Origin: Halocafeteria seosinensis
Taxonomy: Eukaryota
Reading direction: 5' to 3'
Assembly (NCBI GenBank): GCA_001687465.1
Contig: LVLI01000190.1
Span: 1 to 64,000 of the forward strand
DNA: 64,000 bases
The stretch's first letter is position 1; each line of letters begins with the position of its first letter. Shown piece after piece: positions 24,086-36,497 of the stretch. The notes beneath the pieces are model-generated. The model had not been told where the DNA came from, ran no database searches, and was given only the letters and a program-made list of their open reading frames with translations. Both the position numbers and the translations under genes were made by a program.

Positions 24086-25389
24086 ATGATTACGGCACTG
24101 ACAAGGAGGGACCTCGTTCGTTCCAGAGCCCTACAGAGACGAGGGCTCTCTCAGAGCCCGGTTGTCAGACAGTCACAGGCGCCACAAGAGGAGCCTAAGA
24201 AGGTTCAGGGGGAGCAGGAGGCTTCCTCCTCCTTTGCCACCCATCCTGGGGTCGTCATTGGAGGCCTGGCGTCCCTCTTGGGCCTGTATTTGTACCATAA
24301 CCGAGAGCGCAACTTGTCGAAAAAAGCCGTCGTGGAACGCCTGGAGGAGGAATGCCCCATTGCCCCCAGTGAAATACGGACGCTTCGGGAGAGTAATCGC
24401 ATTAGGTATGTCTTCTTTTTCTTTCTCCCTCACCGTCCTGGTTTGGGTTTCCTTCAAGGTCACGACGATGTGGTGCAGAGCACCGGAATTCCGAGACTTC
24501 GTCAAAGATTGCAAGGAATACTTCCCCGAAGGCACGGCTACTTTTATGCAATTCGCTTGGCTGGCACATAAACACCTGGGAGAGAACCCGCATCAGCAAG
24601 AACAGCACCAGTCTCGGAGGAGTCGGAATCAACCAATGACGGCGTTCGAAAAGAAAATCCGCAATCATGTATGTAACTTCGAGGGCAATGTGTTACAACC
24701 AAGCGTCACAAGTCATGAACGTTGTATTTTTGCAGCACGTTCTCGAACGCGTAGCTTTAACGATGCAACAACGATATGAAAGAGAGAAACAGAGGAACTC
24801 GCAGCGGACGTCATCAGATGAACAAGAAGTGGCAGAGTACCAACAAACAAACATAAACATTGATTTCGCGGGCGCTAATACCCAACCTTTGAGTGTTAAG
24901 GAGCTGTTGATATACTATGCTGTACTCGTAGATGAGGATGTTGATACATGCTTGAACATCATTACTGATATTGTCAAGGACAGTTGCGTTGAGCCGGCGT
25001 TTCAATACGATACTGTGGAGGATATCATACATGCTGAAGGGGGACAGAAGAACCAACCTCGAAAGAGTACAAAGGAAGATTATGCACGCAGGCCCAAGGA
25101 TATTGAATTGACTTACGATGAAATGGTGCAGACCATCAATGTACTGCGTAATTGCTGGCAAGTACCATTAAAAACGAGAACCATCGAAGTAAAAAGTTAC
25201 CCTCGCCCCATATCCCGCGAGCGGACCGCCGAGGAGCACCTGAAGCAAGCAATGGTGTTTGCAAAGGTGAAACAGGACGATGTAGAGAACAGAGGTGGAT
25301 TCACACGGGATGAAGTACATGATATTGTGTTCAGTAGTGCAGTATGTGCATGGGGTGAATGTGAGGCCATGAGGTCTAACCCCAGGTAG
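24086..25389 (+). CDS. Hypothetical single-TM protein with an Arg-rich, mitochondrial-presequence-like N-terminus, multi-exon
   Basis: MITALTRRDLVRSRALQRRGLS; TM GVVIGGLASLLGLYLY; introns link ORFs 23990, 24162 and 24667; ends SSAVCAWGEC. Confidence 0.7.
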
Positions 25390-25467
25390 AATCAATCAAT
25401 ACACAACTATGTGGTCTGTTACATTATGCATGTTCTTCCATCCTCCGCCAAGCTAATCGATGACCGA

Positions 25468-26940
25468 TTATCTCAAAAGCATCTGCGCAGATGTCATTGC
25501 CACTCCGGCGCAACTGCAACCAAGCGTCGTCGCTATCGTACCCGCATCTGCTTTGGCTTCGGGTATCAATTCACATAAAGCGACCCACATCATCGCACCT
25601 GCAGCAAATCCTAATCCAATCGGAAGAATTGGCAAAAAATACTCTACTAGTGCAAACGCTGGTACTGCCATAACAGGCTGAGGCAGCGAGGTGAAAATGC
25701 ACCACAATGCCGCATCAAGCAGCGGTACTTTATGTGGAACAAGAACTAGAGACGTCTGCAAGCAGTCAAGTAAGTACGACGGATCTTTTCCGATATCGGT
25801 TAGTTGAACACAAACTTCCTTTTACTTACCGCGAGACCTTCGGGTATATTATGTACGGCTAAAGTAGCCGCAATAAATAGCCCAAACGTGTCACCAGAGT
25901 CTCCACCAAAACTGACGCCAATAGCTACCTGATAGAACACGACATTAACCTCTCTTGACTAAAGGGTCGGTTTCTATATAACACAGTAGACTTACGCCTT
26001 CTGAAAATGAATGCACTGTCATAACAACCATAACGAGCAAAGCTTTCCGCGCATCGACGCCTGATAAGAAAAGTAGCCGCTGGTTTCCCAGGAGGGGTTG
26101 ATACTAGTACCTCCACTTACCTCTTGCGTCTCCAAATTTCAAGTCTTCATAATCGCCTAGGAAATACTTTGTAGCGATGATAAATATGAGGCCGAGGAGA
26201 GACCCTAATGCTACTCGAGCCATTGGATTCATACCCCATAAAACAGGTACATCCGCAAAAATGCCTTCAATACCGAGTCCGAGACTAGCAGAGAGCATCA
26301 TACCCGCAGCACATGCATTACACACACCAAGCCAATACTTTGGAATACTGGTAACAAACAGAAACGGCGCAACTCCCAATGCCGTCGCTACTGCGGTTAG
26401 CCACCCTGACCACCACACTTGTGCACTCTTGCCCCAAATTGCGGAAGTGGTCCAAGCCAGGTCCTCCTGGGCCGGAGAGAAATCATCATTCGCTCCATTA
26501 TCATTAGCTTCTCGTTCACTACTATCCGCGTTGCTTTTCGGTCTGACAAGTCGTGGCTCCACTCGGAGTGGAAGTATTTGCAGGAGATAAAAACTTAGCA
26601 ACGTGGTCACTATGACCGCCAAAAGAGCTACTGTGCTTTTCGCACTGATCCGTCCTGACTTTACTGGTTCCGAGTCTGTCCTATTGTTCTCTTCCCCTGC
26701 GTGCGTCTCTCCATTGTCACTGTTCGTCGTTTTTGGCTTCATGCCAGCTTGATTCACACGTAAATGGCTTCTGGAGCGTCTTCGTATCGATACTGTTTTC
26801 CCTCTATTGTAATACACGGACGCTCGAGACAGTTCTCCTGGAGACAGGGGAGAGTCTCCCTCGTCTCCTATCGTGCTGTTAGGAGGGGTGTTCACGGATG
26901 CACTATGACCGTTCGTATAGCGATCGAGACGCTTGCTCAT
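25468..26940 (-). CDS. ZIP-family zinc/iron transporter (ZupT/ZTP29-like); start uncertain
   Basis: [65 protein letters not shown]. Confidence 0.92.
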
Positions 26941-27395
26941 CCCCTCTTGACCGTGTTTCCTTCGGTATTCATGCCTCTTTTTCAGCAGCCAGGCCGGGTC
27001 AGTCTCCACAACAACAGCACAGACAAGACAGGAGGGTGGAGGCGGTACTGTATAATGCTAGTGGCTTAGGTATAGCAACACCCAGGTTACCGTTGTTCAC
27101 AGTATATTACGCGGGAGACCTTGGAAATTCAGGTCTCAACTTCAAGGAATCCACAACACAAGGCAACTTAACTTGAGACAAGTTGATTGAGTATGGTGTA
27201 ACAATCGTATATTTGTCTTTCTTTTTTTTTTTCCCCGCCCGCTGAAGAATGAATGGTTTCTTCGGATAGAGGAAAACGTGATAGCTGTGCCCACTGTAGC
27301 GCCCGACTCGCTAGATACGGTAAGTGCGGGGATATCTAACGTATTTCTTAATCTCATTACTAGGTTTTCTGTGATACACAGGAAAGTACAAGGGT

Positions 27396-28349
27396 TTACA
27401 TGGACTCCATAATGTCATCGCACTCGTTGACTAAGCGTTTCAAAGAATCGTAATCTAGTTCTATATTCTTGCTTTCAGCGGTGTCCTCATGAGGCTCTCT
27501 GGTATCCAAACGCAGGACAACGCGCGGATCATACATCCGTGCCATGGATTGGCTTGATAAGACCAACTGCGGGAATGCAAAGTAACAGCGAAGTAGGATA
27601 ATCATATCCAAACGATTTCATGCCTCGACTATTGCTTACTCGAGCACTCCAGTCAAAGTTCTCCAGAGTCCTCGTCCCACCTGCCCCTGATGAGCACAGG
27701 GAATGTGTGGCCGATTGCCTATTGGCATTTTTTAATTCTTCATATCGTGATTCAAACACATTAACGATCCCTGTCTTGACTTTATTATCAAACGTCTTTA
27801 TAGCCTCGTCATTGTCCGTAAGCTGCTCAAGCAACACATAGAAACCAATCATATGTTGCACTACTATTGACGAAGAACTCGGAGATTGCATGCACGGTGG
27901 TTCGTACCTCCTTGGTCGTTGAGTATCTTCCCACCATTGTACGCAAATATTCGACGGCTTGGCGAGCAAGTTTTGATAAATCCGCAGTCTCCACTCCAGT
28001 CCAGCCAGGAGCTGTTATGACAGAAGGGTCCCGATGCCACTCTAACCCATACTCGTCCACTGCCGCATGTAAAAACTGCACACAGAAAATCGGAAAAGAC
28101 TAATTTTCTTCCTAATGAAGTTGGCAATGCGATAGAACATCATGCATTGCAAACCTTGGGTATCGGATCCTTTGTCGTGGTTCTTCTCTGTTGTATACTG
28201 CTCGAAGCGCCCGCATCTTCCATTCCTAGACTGTTGAGCAATGTATTGAAGCGCTCTCTATCCATAATACTCCATAATTGAGGTAGTTTATCGGCATTCA
28301 TGAATTGAGTGCTCCCCATCAACTGGGAGAGACTGCCGCTTGATGTCAT
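27396..28349 (-). CDS. COMM-domain protein (COMMD8-like), multi-exon
   Basis: C-terminal COMM signature LENFDWSAR/LVLSSQSMARMYDPRVVLRLDT..IELDYDSLKRLVNECD. Confidence 0.75.
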
Positions 28350-28636
28350 TTTTTCTCTCACACTCAGACAAGACAACACACCAGATATGAATCTGTCATA
28401 AATGTTCACCTTTTTCCTTGATGTGATGCTGTCATCCAAACAAACCTGTCGACAGCATGTATCATGATGTAATGGGGAGGACGCCGTTGTGAAGTTCGAC
28501 TGGAAGTCTTTCTGCGCTCAATAATAGCTCGTCCCGAAGGTTTGACAGCACTCTACATCGCTGAGACTTGTTTTACAACGAGAAAGAAGGTGCACTAACA
28601 CGTGAGTGTGCTTGTTGGTTGGAGAGGAGGGCAAAG

Positions 28637-30268
28637 ATGGGAGCTAACGCCAGTAAAGAAGGCTCTGTGACACCAAACTCTCCTCAGAATGCTATCAACG
28701 AGGTGGATACCCAGCAAAAACAGCAAATTCCGAAAGGATGTCCCATGCACGAAGAAAACGCTGGGAAGGAACAGGAGGGACCAACGCAACCAGGAGAAAT
28801 CCCCAAGGGATGCCCCATGCACTCTGAGAATCAGGTCAACAACGAGCAAGTTCCAGCGTCTCAATCAGGGCCCGTATACAATGTATACAGCCAAGAAATC
28901 AATCCTGACAACAAGATGCCCCAGAACCCGAACCAACAACTGGCTCCGGGGCAACAGGAGGCGCTGTCAACCCAACGACAGAAGAGCACGATTCCCAAGG
29001 GTGGGGAAAACGATACGTGGACGTACCCAAGTGAACAAATGTTTTATAATGCTTTGGTACGGAAAGGTAAAGCCGACGGCGTGCAAGAGCAGGATATGAA
29101 AGCTGTGATTACCATTCACAATAATATGAATGAGCGAACATGGGAAAAAGTGAAAGAATGGGAGAATTTGCACCAAAGGTGAGCACCTGTAGTTCTCTTA
29201 CGTCATTGCAGCTTCCGGCCACTGTACACGTGTTCTTATACAGCGAGCATGATGAGGGTGGTCCTCGTTTACGGCGATTTACGGGAAGGCCTTACGAGTT
29301 GTCTCCAAAGGCAAAACTGAAGAGCTATATAGGGTATGTAGCTAGAAATGACTTCGCCGCTGCCAATTGTTCATATTTCTCTGGATTTGCAGGTTTGGCT
29401 ATCCCTTTGATCGGCATGATTGGTATGTTAATCGAGGAGATAAAGAAGTCCGTTATGTGATCGACTACTATTATAACCCAAATGTAGGTGCATACACGGG
29501 TCAACATTGCAATTACGTCAAAGTGTTAACAGTCAGTATTGCTCTCCCGACAGACAAACGCTGCTGAGGATCCCTTGGCGCCAATATGGGTAGATGTGCG
29601 TCCGGCTCTGGAGACTCCTAGAGGTAAGAGTTTGAGAGGAATAGCTGGCTGAATCGCTTTTCTGGTATGCTTTCATTTTCTGCAGACGTTTTTGATAGAG
29701 CAAGGCTACTCCCTACACGGTTGAAGGACGCATGGCAGCGGGGCTTTTGGTACTCTGAAGGACTTGATCCTAATACAATGTCTACGGAGACACATACTGC
29801 TCTAACTATGTCGACTGGGGGTAGAAAAGGTATCAAGCAACGTGAAATAGACGAAAAGATGCAAAAATTCCACCAAGTCGAAGAGAAATGCCGTCCCTTG
29901 CTTGACAAGTTGGAGAACTCGAACTCAGATAACGAACGGCGGCAACGGATGGTTGCATTGAACTATTGTATGGGCCAAATTGTATGCCCTGAAGACGCAA
30001 AGCGTTTCAAAAAGGTATGCCCTCCATTTATGGTTTGATGAGTGTTTACTTGCTGACATGGTTTGAATTTTCCCGTGGGTTGCAGCTGGTACACGAGCAT
30101 GGAGAAGAGGGCACCGAGGGAGAAGCTGGTGGAGAAGAGGAGAAGGTGTACATGCAGATGACCGAGTGTGTGACCGAAGAGATGAAGAAGATTAATTTAC
30201 TGCACCAGTCAAAACAGAAGTCTGGCGGTAGTCACGGCGAGGGGAGTGACGAACTAGAGGCGCGATGA
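28637..30268 (+). CDS. HCCS: Holocytochrome c synthase (cytochrome c heme lyase) with C-terminal extension, multi-exon
   Basis: Two CPMH heme-regulatory motifs; STIPKG..WTYPSEQMFYNALVRKG; IHNNMNERTW; LRRFTGRPYELSPKA; PFDRHDWYVNR..VRYVIDYY; DVRPAL. Confidence 0.95.
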
Positions 30269-30330
30269 AAGAACCATGCGATTCACCCTGACACAGCACG
30301 TGTTTCCCGTCAACGATTGAGACTGGAGCA

Positions 30331-32349
30331 CTATGTACATTCTTGAGACGGCGCGGGCACAATCGTTTTAGCTTGTGCAGCGAACTCCTGCACATGATGC
30401 AACTGCGACTGCTTTCTTTGACTGTATCCAGAGATTGCGTCAGCACTAAGGCTGGGCAAGGATGCATAGGCTTGCATAGGACATAAATGAAGAAGTTGCA
30501 CCAGTAGTTTATCTGTTCCATGTATCACTTTATCCCCTATTGAGTTTGGGACTTGGTTGTGTAAACAAGAATGATACATCATTCCAATTTCATCCATAGC
30601 CTCGCAAAATTCGTTCTCCAGTTGCCCTGATTCGTTGACGTGGCTCCCAAGGGAAGCTATAATGTGCGTTGTCGTGGTCGATAGGCGAGGCGCCACCCCA
30701 AATGCGTCTACGCAGTTTCTGCACAAGCGCAGTGCAGTGGCAGTAGGTATGCGCACACCGCTGTCCACTATATACTCTTCCAAGGCGAGAGCTATGCTCT
30801 TCCATAGTTCTTGGTCGCATAGTCGGAAGCCGCTGTTCAGAATTCTAATAAGCCGGGAAAATAAGTTCCAAGGAATTTCTTGTTCGAAAACAGTCCTTGA
30901 TTGCTTCAATCCTCCTGAACAAATTGTGTTTCTTAATTCGTACAAAAGCCGCACCACATGCTGCTGCTTCATTGCAGACTCTTCATGTACGTACAACATT
31001 AATTCTAAAGCCTCTGTGGCTAACTCAATATCTTGGACGGTCCCCTTCTGATGATGGCCCTTTAACCGTATCCATACTGTATGACAAAGAGCACTACACA
31101 TAAAGTACAAAGCTCTCCCTTCTTCTGCAATTTTCTCCCCGGAAGTTTTGGTGGAAGGCAGCATCGCCCGGCAGGCTTCATGGTTATGAATGAGCCTTCC
31201 CGCAGCAGCAATACCATCGCTTACAACTCGCGGTGGGAGATGACCGAACTGTTCTCCCCATCGCTTTGCTACTTGTATGAATTGAACACGATGGAACATG
31301 CCAGTAATAGCTGACGCTTGTAATAAAAATAATCGTTGATCCTCAGGGAAGCTGGACGACATCCGATGAACAAAGTCGGCTTGGGCGTCCTGAAGGCAAG
31401 CAAATACCTGCACCGGTAAGTGCAAAGGAGTGATCAGACAATTTCCTGGATTCTTTGCCAACGTGGTTCCATTGCGACCATTGAGGCACTCTCGTAACTT
31501 CTTCGTACATGTTACATGATTTGCTTCGGTACATCGCCTAAACACCCTGGATAGTTCTTGCCGGAAGGTCAAGGAGAGGTCCTGGCAACCCATATCTTCA
31601 TACACCATTCGTGAACTCAACCAAGACAAGAACAAGAGGTCATGCACTTGTCTGTCTTCCCCTAAAACAACATCTTTTACCAAACTCATAGAGTTCCAAT
31701 CAAGCCGAAGCGGCCATGGGTACTTTGATCTACTTTGGCGGCGTTTGGCTGTACCAGTTCGCTGACGACGGTACGAGATGTCTTCGAGACTCAGGAGTGC
31801 CGACAAGAGCAGACTTCGGGTCAACTTGTGGGACTCGCCTTGCGGGCGTTCTTCTTTGAGGAAGACTAAGACATGAACGATATCCTTTAATTCCAAGGAA
31901 TCGAAATGATCCAGTAGGCCAGGAGCTAATTCCACGAGACTTTTCCATATAAATTCCATGGCGTCCACTTGTCGAGGCGTGACCGCTGATTTTGATTCCC
32001 GCGGCAATGCTTTGACACAGAGCGCCAGCAGTTCTCGGGCATCGTATTTGGCTTTTGAATAGAGTCTTCTGCTTAATAAAGCCACTAAATTCCGAGGCGC
32101 AGGAGCCAGGTTTGCAGAATTCCTTTGCACCAGAGTTTCCACATGCTTCTCCAGTGCGTCGTCAATTGTCTCCTGACAGACAGTGCAACTGCTGAATGGC
32201 CTCGAATGAGGCATAGGCATCGTCATCGTCCCAAAATACCGTGTATATATCTTGAAAGACAGGGTGGAATTCCTCTTCCCGAGTGATACTGTTTTAGACG
32301 CATATTTGGGTTGTATTGTCTTGATTCTGAACACCATACGTCGGATCAT
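30331..32349 (-). CDS. Hypothetical intronless helical protein, up to 672 aa; true start may be downstream
   Basis: Uninterrupted 2-kb ORF with no recognisable motif. Confidence 0.65.
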   Translation of the reverse strand: MIRRMVFRIKTIQPKYASKTVSLGKRNSTLSFKIYTRYFGTMTMPMPHSRPFSSCTVCQETIDDALEKHVETLVQRNSANLAPAPRNLVALLSRRLYSKAKYDARELLALCVKALPRESKSAVTPRQVDAMEFIWKSLVELAPGLLDHFDSLELKDIVHVLVFLKEERPQGESHKLTRSLLLSALLSLEDISYRRQRTGTAKRRQSRSKYPWPLRLDWNSMSLVKDVVLGEDRQVHDLLFLSWLSSRMVYEDMGCQDLSLTFRQELSRVFRRCTEANHVTCTKKLRECLNGRNGTTLAKNPGNCLITPLHLPVQVFACLQDAQADFVHRMSSSFPEDQRLFLLQASAITGMFHRVQFIQVAKRWGEQFGHLPPRVVSDGIAAAGRLIHNHEACRAMLPSTKTSGEKIAEEGRALYFMCSALCHTVWIRLKGHHQKGTVQDIELATEALELMLYVHEESAMKQQHVVRLLYELRNTICSGGLKQSRTVFEQEIPWNLFSRLIRILNSGFRLCDQELWKSIALALEEYIVDSGVRIPTATALRLCRNCVDAFGVAPRLSTTTTHIIASLGSHVNESGQLENEFCEAMDEIGMMYHSCLHNQVPNSIGDKVIHGTDKLLVQLLHLCPMQAYASLPSLSADAISGYSQRKQSQLHHVQEFAAQAKTIVPAPSQECT

Positions 32350-32384
32350 TGTATGCCATCTATCCTAATGAATCTTTACACCCA

Positions 32385-34542
32385 ATGAGCCGTGGGAAAG
32401 CCACCAACAATACATTGGCAGACATTGTCTCCCTCTGTAAACGCAGAGGAATTGTGTTGCCTTCCTCCGATATTTATGGTAGTGTAGGAGCCGGATACGA
32501 TTATGGGCCCATAGGTAGGTGAGCATAATGCAATATAACAACCGTTCTATGACACGCGTATCTTGCTTGTGCGCTGGGAAAACAGGCACCCAATTGAAAA
32601 GGAATCTGGAAGCAGCTTGGTGGCATGACTTTGTCCAGTCCAGGGAGGATATACACGGCTTTGATTCAGCCATAATGCTTCACCCCAAAACATGGAAAGC
32701 TACTGGACATGTCGATACATTCGTGGATAAGTTTCTCCAATGCAGCACTTGCAATGCGCGCTTCAGGTAAGGACAAGGGCACCTTCGCGTTTTTGAATTA
32801 CTACTAATTGTAGTACCTGGATGCCGAGATACAGAGTGGATGAAGTGTTTCCGGAGGTGGTAGAGGAGGATGATTCAGATGCCGCAATTGAGCAACAGCT
32901 CCAAGAACACGATTATCAATGTCCTTGTGACAAGAAGGCGAGAGGAACTCAACACGGACTTTCGGGTCCTGAAAATTTTAACCTTTTATTTGAAACGAAA
33001 CTAGGAGCTACGGAGGATTCATCATCGGTGTATCTCAGACCCGAAACCGCGCAAGGAATATATACTCAGTTTAACAACATCACGAATACTGTGAGACAAA
33101 AACTTCCTTTCGGTGGGTACAACGTTGTTGTACGAATTGAACGGAAGCTAAAGACGGTATTGCAGAGCTGAAACTCGTCTGCAGGCATCGGACAAATCGG
33201 GAAGGCATTCAGAAATGAGATACGTAACTCCCACTTCTTATACCGTTCCAGGGAATTTGAACAATGCGAACTTCAATGGTTTTGTCGCCCGGACGAAGCA
33301 GACAAGTGGTTACAATACTGGGTTGCACAATGCTATGATTGGCTGGTAGAGCTTGGCATCTCCGAAGCTAACCTAAAGTGCTCCAGTGTTATTGAAGACG
33401 TGAGTGGGTAAACAATGTAACTCCTTTCCGCCTTGACTTGCGAGCAAATACTCAATGCGTTTCAGGAATTGGCTCACTACGCTGCTTCCACGACAGACAT
33501 TGAATTTAAGTTTCCCTTTGGTTGGGGCGAGATATGGTAAGGGAACTTGTGTATCTTCGACTTATCAAAAAAAAAAGAAAGAAAAAAAAAGTAAATGCTC
33601 CCACTACTGTTGGATTGTGATGCTGACAGGGGAATCTCGAATCGCACAGACTTCGATTTACGAAATCACAGCAACAGCTCGGGCAAAGACTTGCGCTATA
33701 TGGAAGCTCACGAAGACCCAGAAGTAAGTTCCTGTTTCCCGTTACCAAGGGGTTGAGCTGCACTGGGTCGAGCTTTTCATCTAAAGTCCATAGGTGTAAG
33801 AGGGTAGGTTTATTGCAGTGCTACAATAACCGTGTCTTCTCAAGGTTCGGCTAGTAGCCTGGGCCCGAGAGACAGGGGCCGTTGTCGGTCGTAGGAACTC
33901 GCTGTAGACACGGCGAGGTATTGACCATTGCCTGACGATGAACGGTTATATAACGCTATGTTCAACAACAAGTGTTTGTTTTTTATTCCTACTTCGTATG
34001 CAGAAATACTACCCCTACGTTATAGAACCCTCTGTGGGTATTGGACGTCTGGTCCTCGCACTTTTAGTAGAAAGCTATCAAACGGAATCTGTAGTGGATG
34101 GAAGTAAGTAGTACCACACACTCACATTTGTGCTCGTGGCCGCAATCTTCTCTCAAATTGCACAGATTGCAAGCATAGTGAGCGATCAGTTCTCAAATTG
34201 CATCCGCGGTTGTCTCCTTTCAAGCTTGCTATCTTGCCGTTGTCAAAGAAAGAGCCACTTACTAGCATGGCCTCTGGCATCTATAAGAGGCTCATAAAAG
34301 AGTCGTCGATCGACTTCGACTCAAGTGCCTCTATTGGGAAGCGATATAGGAGACAGGACGAAATAGGCACTCCCTACACAGTAACTGTCGACTTTGACTC
34401 AGTTCACGATAGCTCGGTTACAGTTCGAGACAGAGATTCGATGGAGCAGGTTCGCATTCCTATGGAGCGGCTCTTCAGCCTGATGTCGAGGGGATTCTAT
34501 GCAGAGGACTTTCAACACTTATTTCGCGAAGTAAGTTCTTGA
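32385..34542 (+). CDS. glyQS: Glycyl-tRNA synthetase, alpha2 type (short, bacterial-like form), multi-exon
   Basis: [94 protein letters not shown]. Confidence 0.96.
33752..33966 (+). ncRNA. Candidate structured RNA inside the 280-nt GlyRS intron (33724-34003)
   Basis: Two closing helices and five internal hairpins with G-U pairs on the sense strand (see findings). No known family recognised. Confidence 0.45.
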
Positions 34543-34576
34543 GATGACACAACGCTTCGATCTGCCATGTGGCTAG

Positions 34577-35856
34577 CTAGCCATGGATCAGATTTTGAGA
34601 CAATGCCTCTACTGCGGGCTCTAGTTGGCTTTGGCTCATACCACGCAGCCTTGCATTGTCGAGCGAATCTCCGCTTTCATCCATCGGCGGAGCAGAGGAG
34701 CTTGCCACTTGCGAAACGCACACCCAAGCACCGCGTAGGTTTTGTTTCCATACTCTCAAGACACCATCATCTCCAGAGGAAGCTAGTACAGATCCAGTGA
34801 CGTTCCAGCGCACCCTCCATACTTCAGCATAATGGTCCATCAAGGAAGGGAAGCAGTATATGTAACAGTCTACACCTTTACCCATATACATAAGCCCGGA
34901 CACATCATCAACGACCGTGCCAGCAGTGTCCGGTACATCTTTACTGTCCCGTACAAAATCCGCAGGCTTTATCTGCCAAATACGGATAGTGTGGTCCCGC
35001 GACGCAGTGGCTATCCGATGGAAGCTCCTCCCCATAGATGGTGCCCACGCAGTATCATGTATATGATCTGTATGACCACGGAGTTCGGCAAGCTTCAGCC
35101 ATTTCCCTTTTTGCTCATTGTGTGACCAAATATTTGCCGTCTTGGAGGCGCCGCCAACAACTAACGTGGCATCGTCCTCCCTGGAATCATTCCATGAGAG
35201 ACATCGAACACCCGCCGAGTCTGCCAGAAACTCATTTTGCATTTGCCATTCAGTTAGTTTTAGAGGATCTGGTGCTTCATAGACTCTGACGTGGCCATCC
35301 CCGGAGCCAATTGCAAGTCGTAAACCAAAATGAGACGGTGCGAATGCAATATCATTTACCGCCAGTCTTGCATCTCCCAGTCCTGTTGCCTTTTTCCACT
35401 TGTAGTCTATCTTCCCTGTCTCTTCATTTATCAATTCCTGTCCTTCCCATATGATAGTGCTGTGGTCCACGGAGCAGGATGCCAAGACCTGCCAAGTCGA
35501 CAATCTCGAGTCTCTCTCGGTCCAGAGCAAAGATAAACGCACGCAACCCTCAACTTACCGACCCAAACTCGGGATGAGCCCATGCTAACTTCAAAATCGG
35601 TCCTTCATGCGCTGCCTGCAGACGTCAGACGCCGAAAGAACCCTTGTATACAGCGAGGCTGTACACAACTAGAATCCATACATACAGGTACAGTCCATAG
35701 TTTCTTCCAGCTCCCATCTTCCTGCTTCTCAAACACATTAATCTTCCGATCCGAGCCACACGTAGCTAACCAGGTGCCGTAGTAGTCGTAGCAGACATCA
35801 TGGATGTAATCTGAATGTCCAGCATCGATTCTCGCGGAGATACGCGACGACTGCAT
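34577..35856 (-). CDS. SEH1: WD40 nucleoporin/GATOR2 subunit SEH1, multi-exon
   Basis: [85 protein letters not shown]. Confidence 0.94.
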
Positions 35857-36080
35857 GGATCATACTCCCAATAAACACGATTTTTACGTTTTGATTTGGG
35901 TGTGGAACGCACTTACCATTGTTGGCACGACCTTCTCCCCTGTGTTCTAAGGTCTGAACATCTATAACAAACACCTAAAACAGCTGTATGTGTACGTAGA
36001 CTTCTTCCAAGACCCATGCGAGACAGTATTATAGATAAAACAAGGTCTCCACAGTACGACGATCGATACGAGTTTGTCGT

Positions 36081-36152
36081 GGGCGTTTAGCTCAGGGGTA
36101 GAGCGTCTGTTTCGCATACAGAAGGTCGAGGGTTCAATTCCCTCATCGTCCA
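36081..36152 (+). tRNA. tRNA-Ala(CGC)
   Basis: Cloverleaf with acceptor stem GGGCGTT/ATCGTCC carrying the G3:U70 Ala determinant, anticodon arm TCTGT-TTCGCAT-ACAGA, T-arm GAGGG-TTCAATT-CCCTC and discriminator A. Confidence 0.97.
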
Positions 36153-36153
36153 C

Positions 36154-36176
36154 TTTACTTTTTTTTTTTTTTTTTT
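36154..36176 (+). terminator. Pol III oligo-T terminator after the tRNA
   Basis: Long T run directly downstream of tRNA-Ala. Confidence 0.8.
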
Positions 36177-36497
36177 CTTTCGTGATTGGTATCAGTTCTC
36201 GTCAAGGTTGTTATCCACTGACTAAACTGTTAAGAGGTGTACCACCACGCGTTAAGGCTTTTGCTTCATTCTCGTTTCCGTGTGTGATAGGCCAATGGCA
36301 CCGCTTGACGAGGGTGAAACAGGAGTTCACGTGTGTGTAGGAGTTTACAGTTCACGCTTCGACTGTATATTCTTTAGAAGTATACTCTTTAATTCTCTAT
36401 GCTAATTCTATTTTTGGCTTCCGTACTACTTGGGGTCAACGCGGAAGTTAACCCTGTGCAATTTGAGTAACTCCACCACCACCGTTGGTGACGAGAA

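Noticed and set aside
33931..33945. Hammerhead core CTGACGA..GAA in the GlyRS intron
   Set aside because: No stem II or GAAA in the required arrangement.
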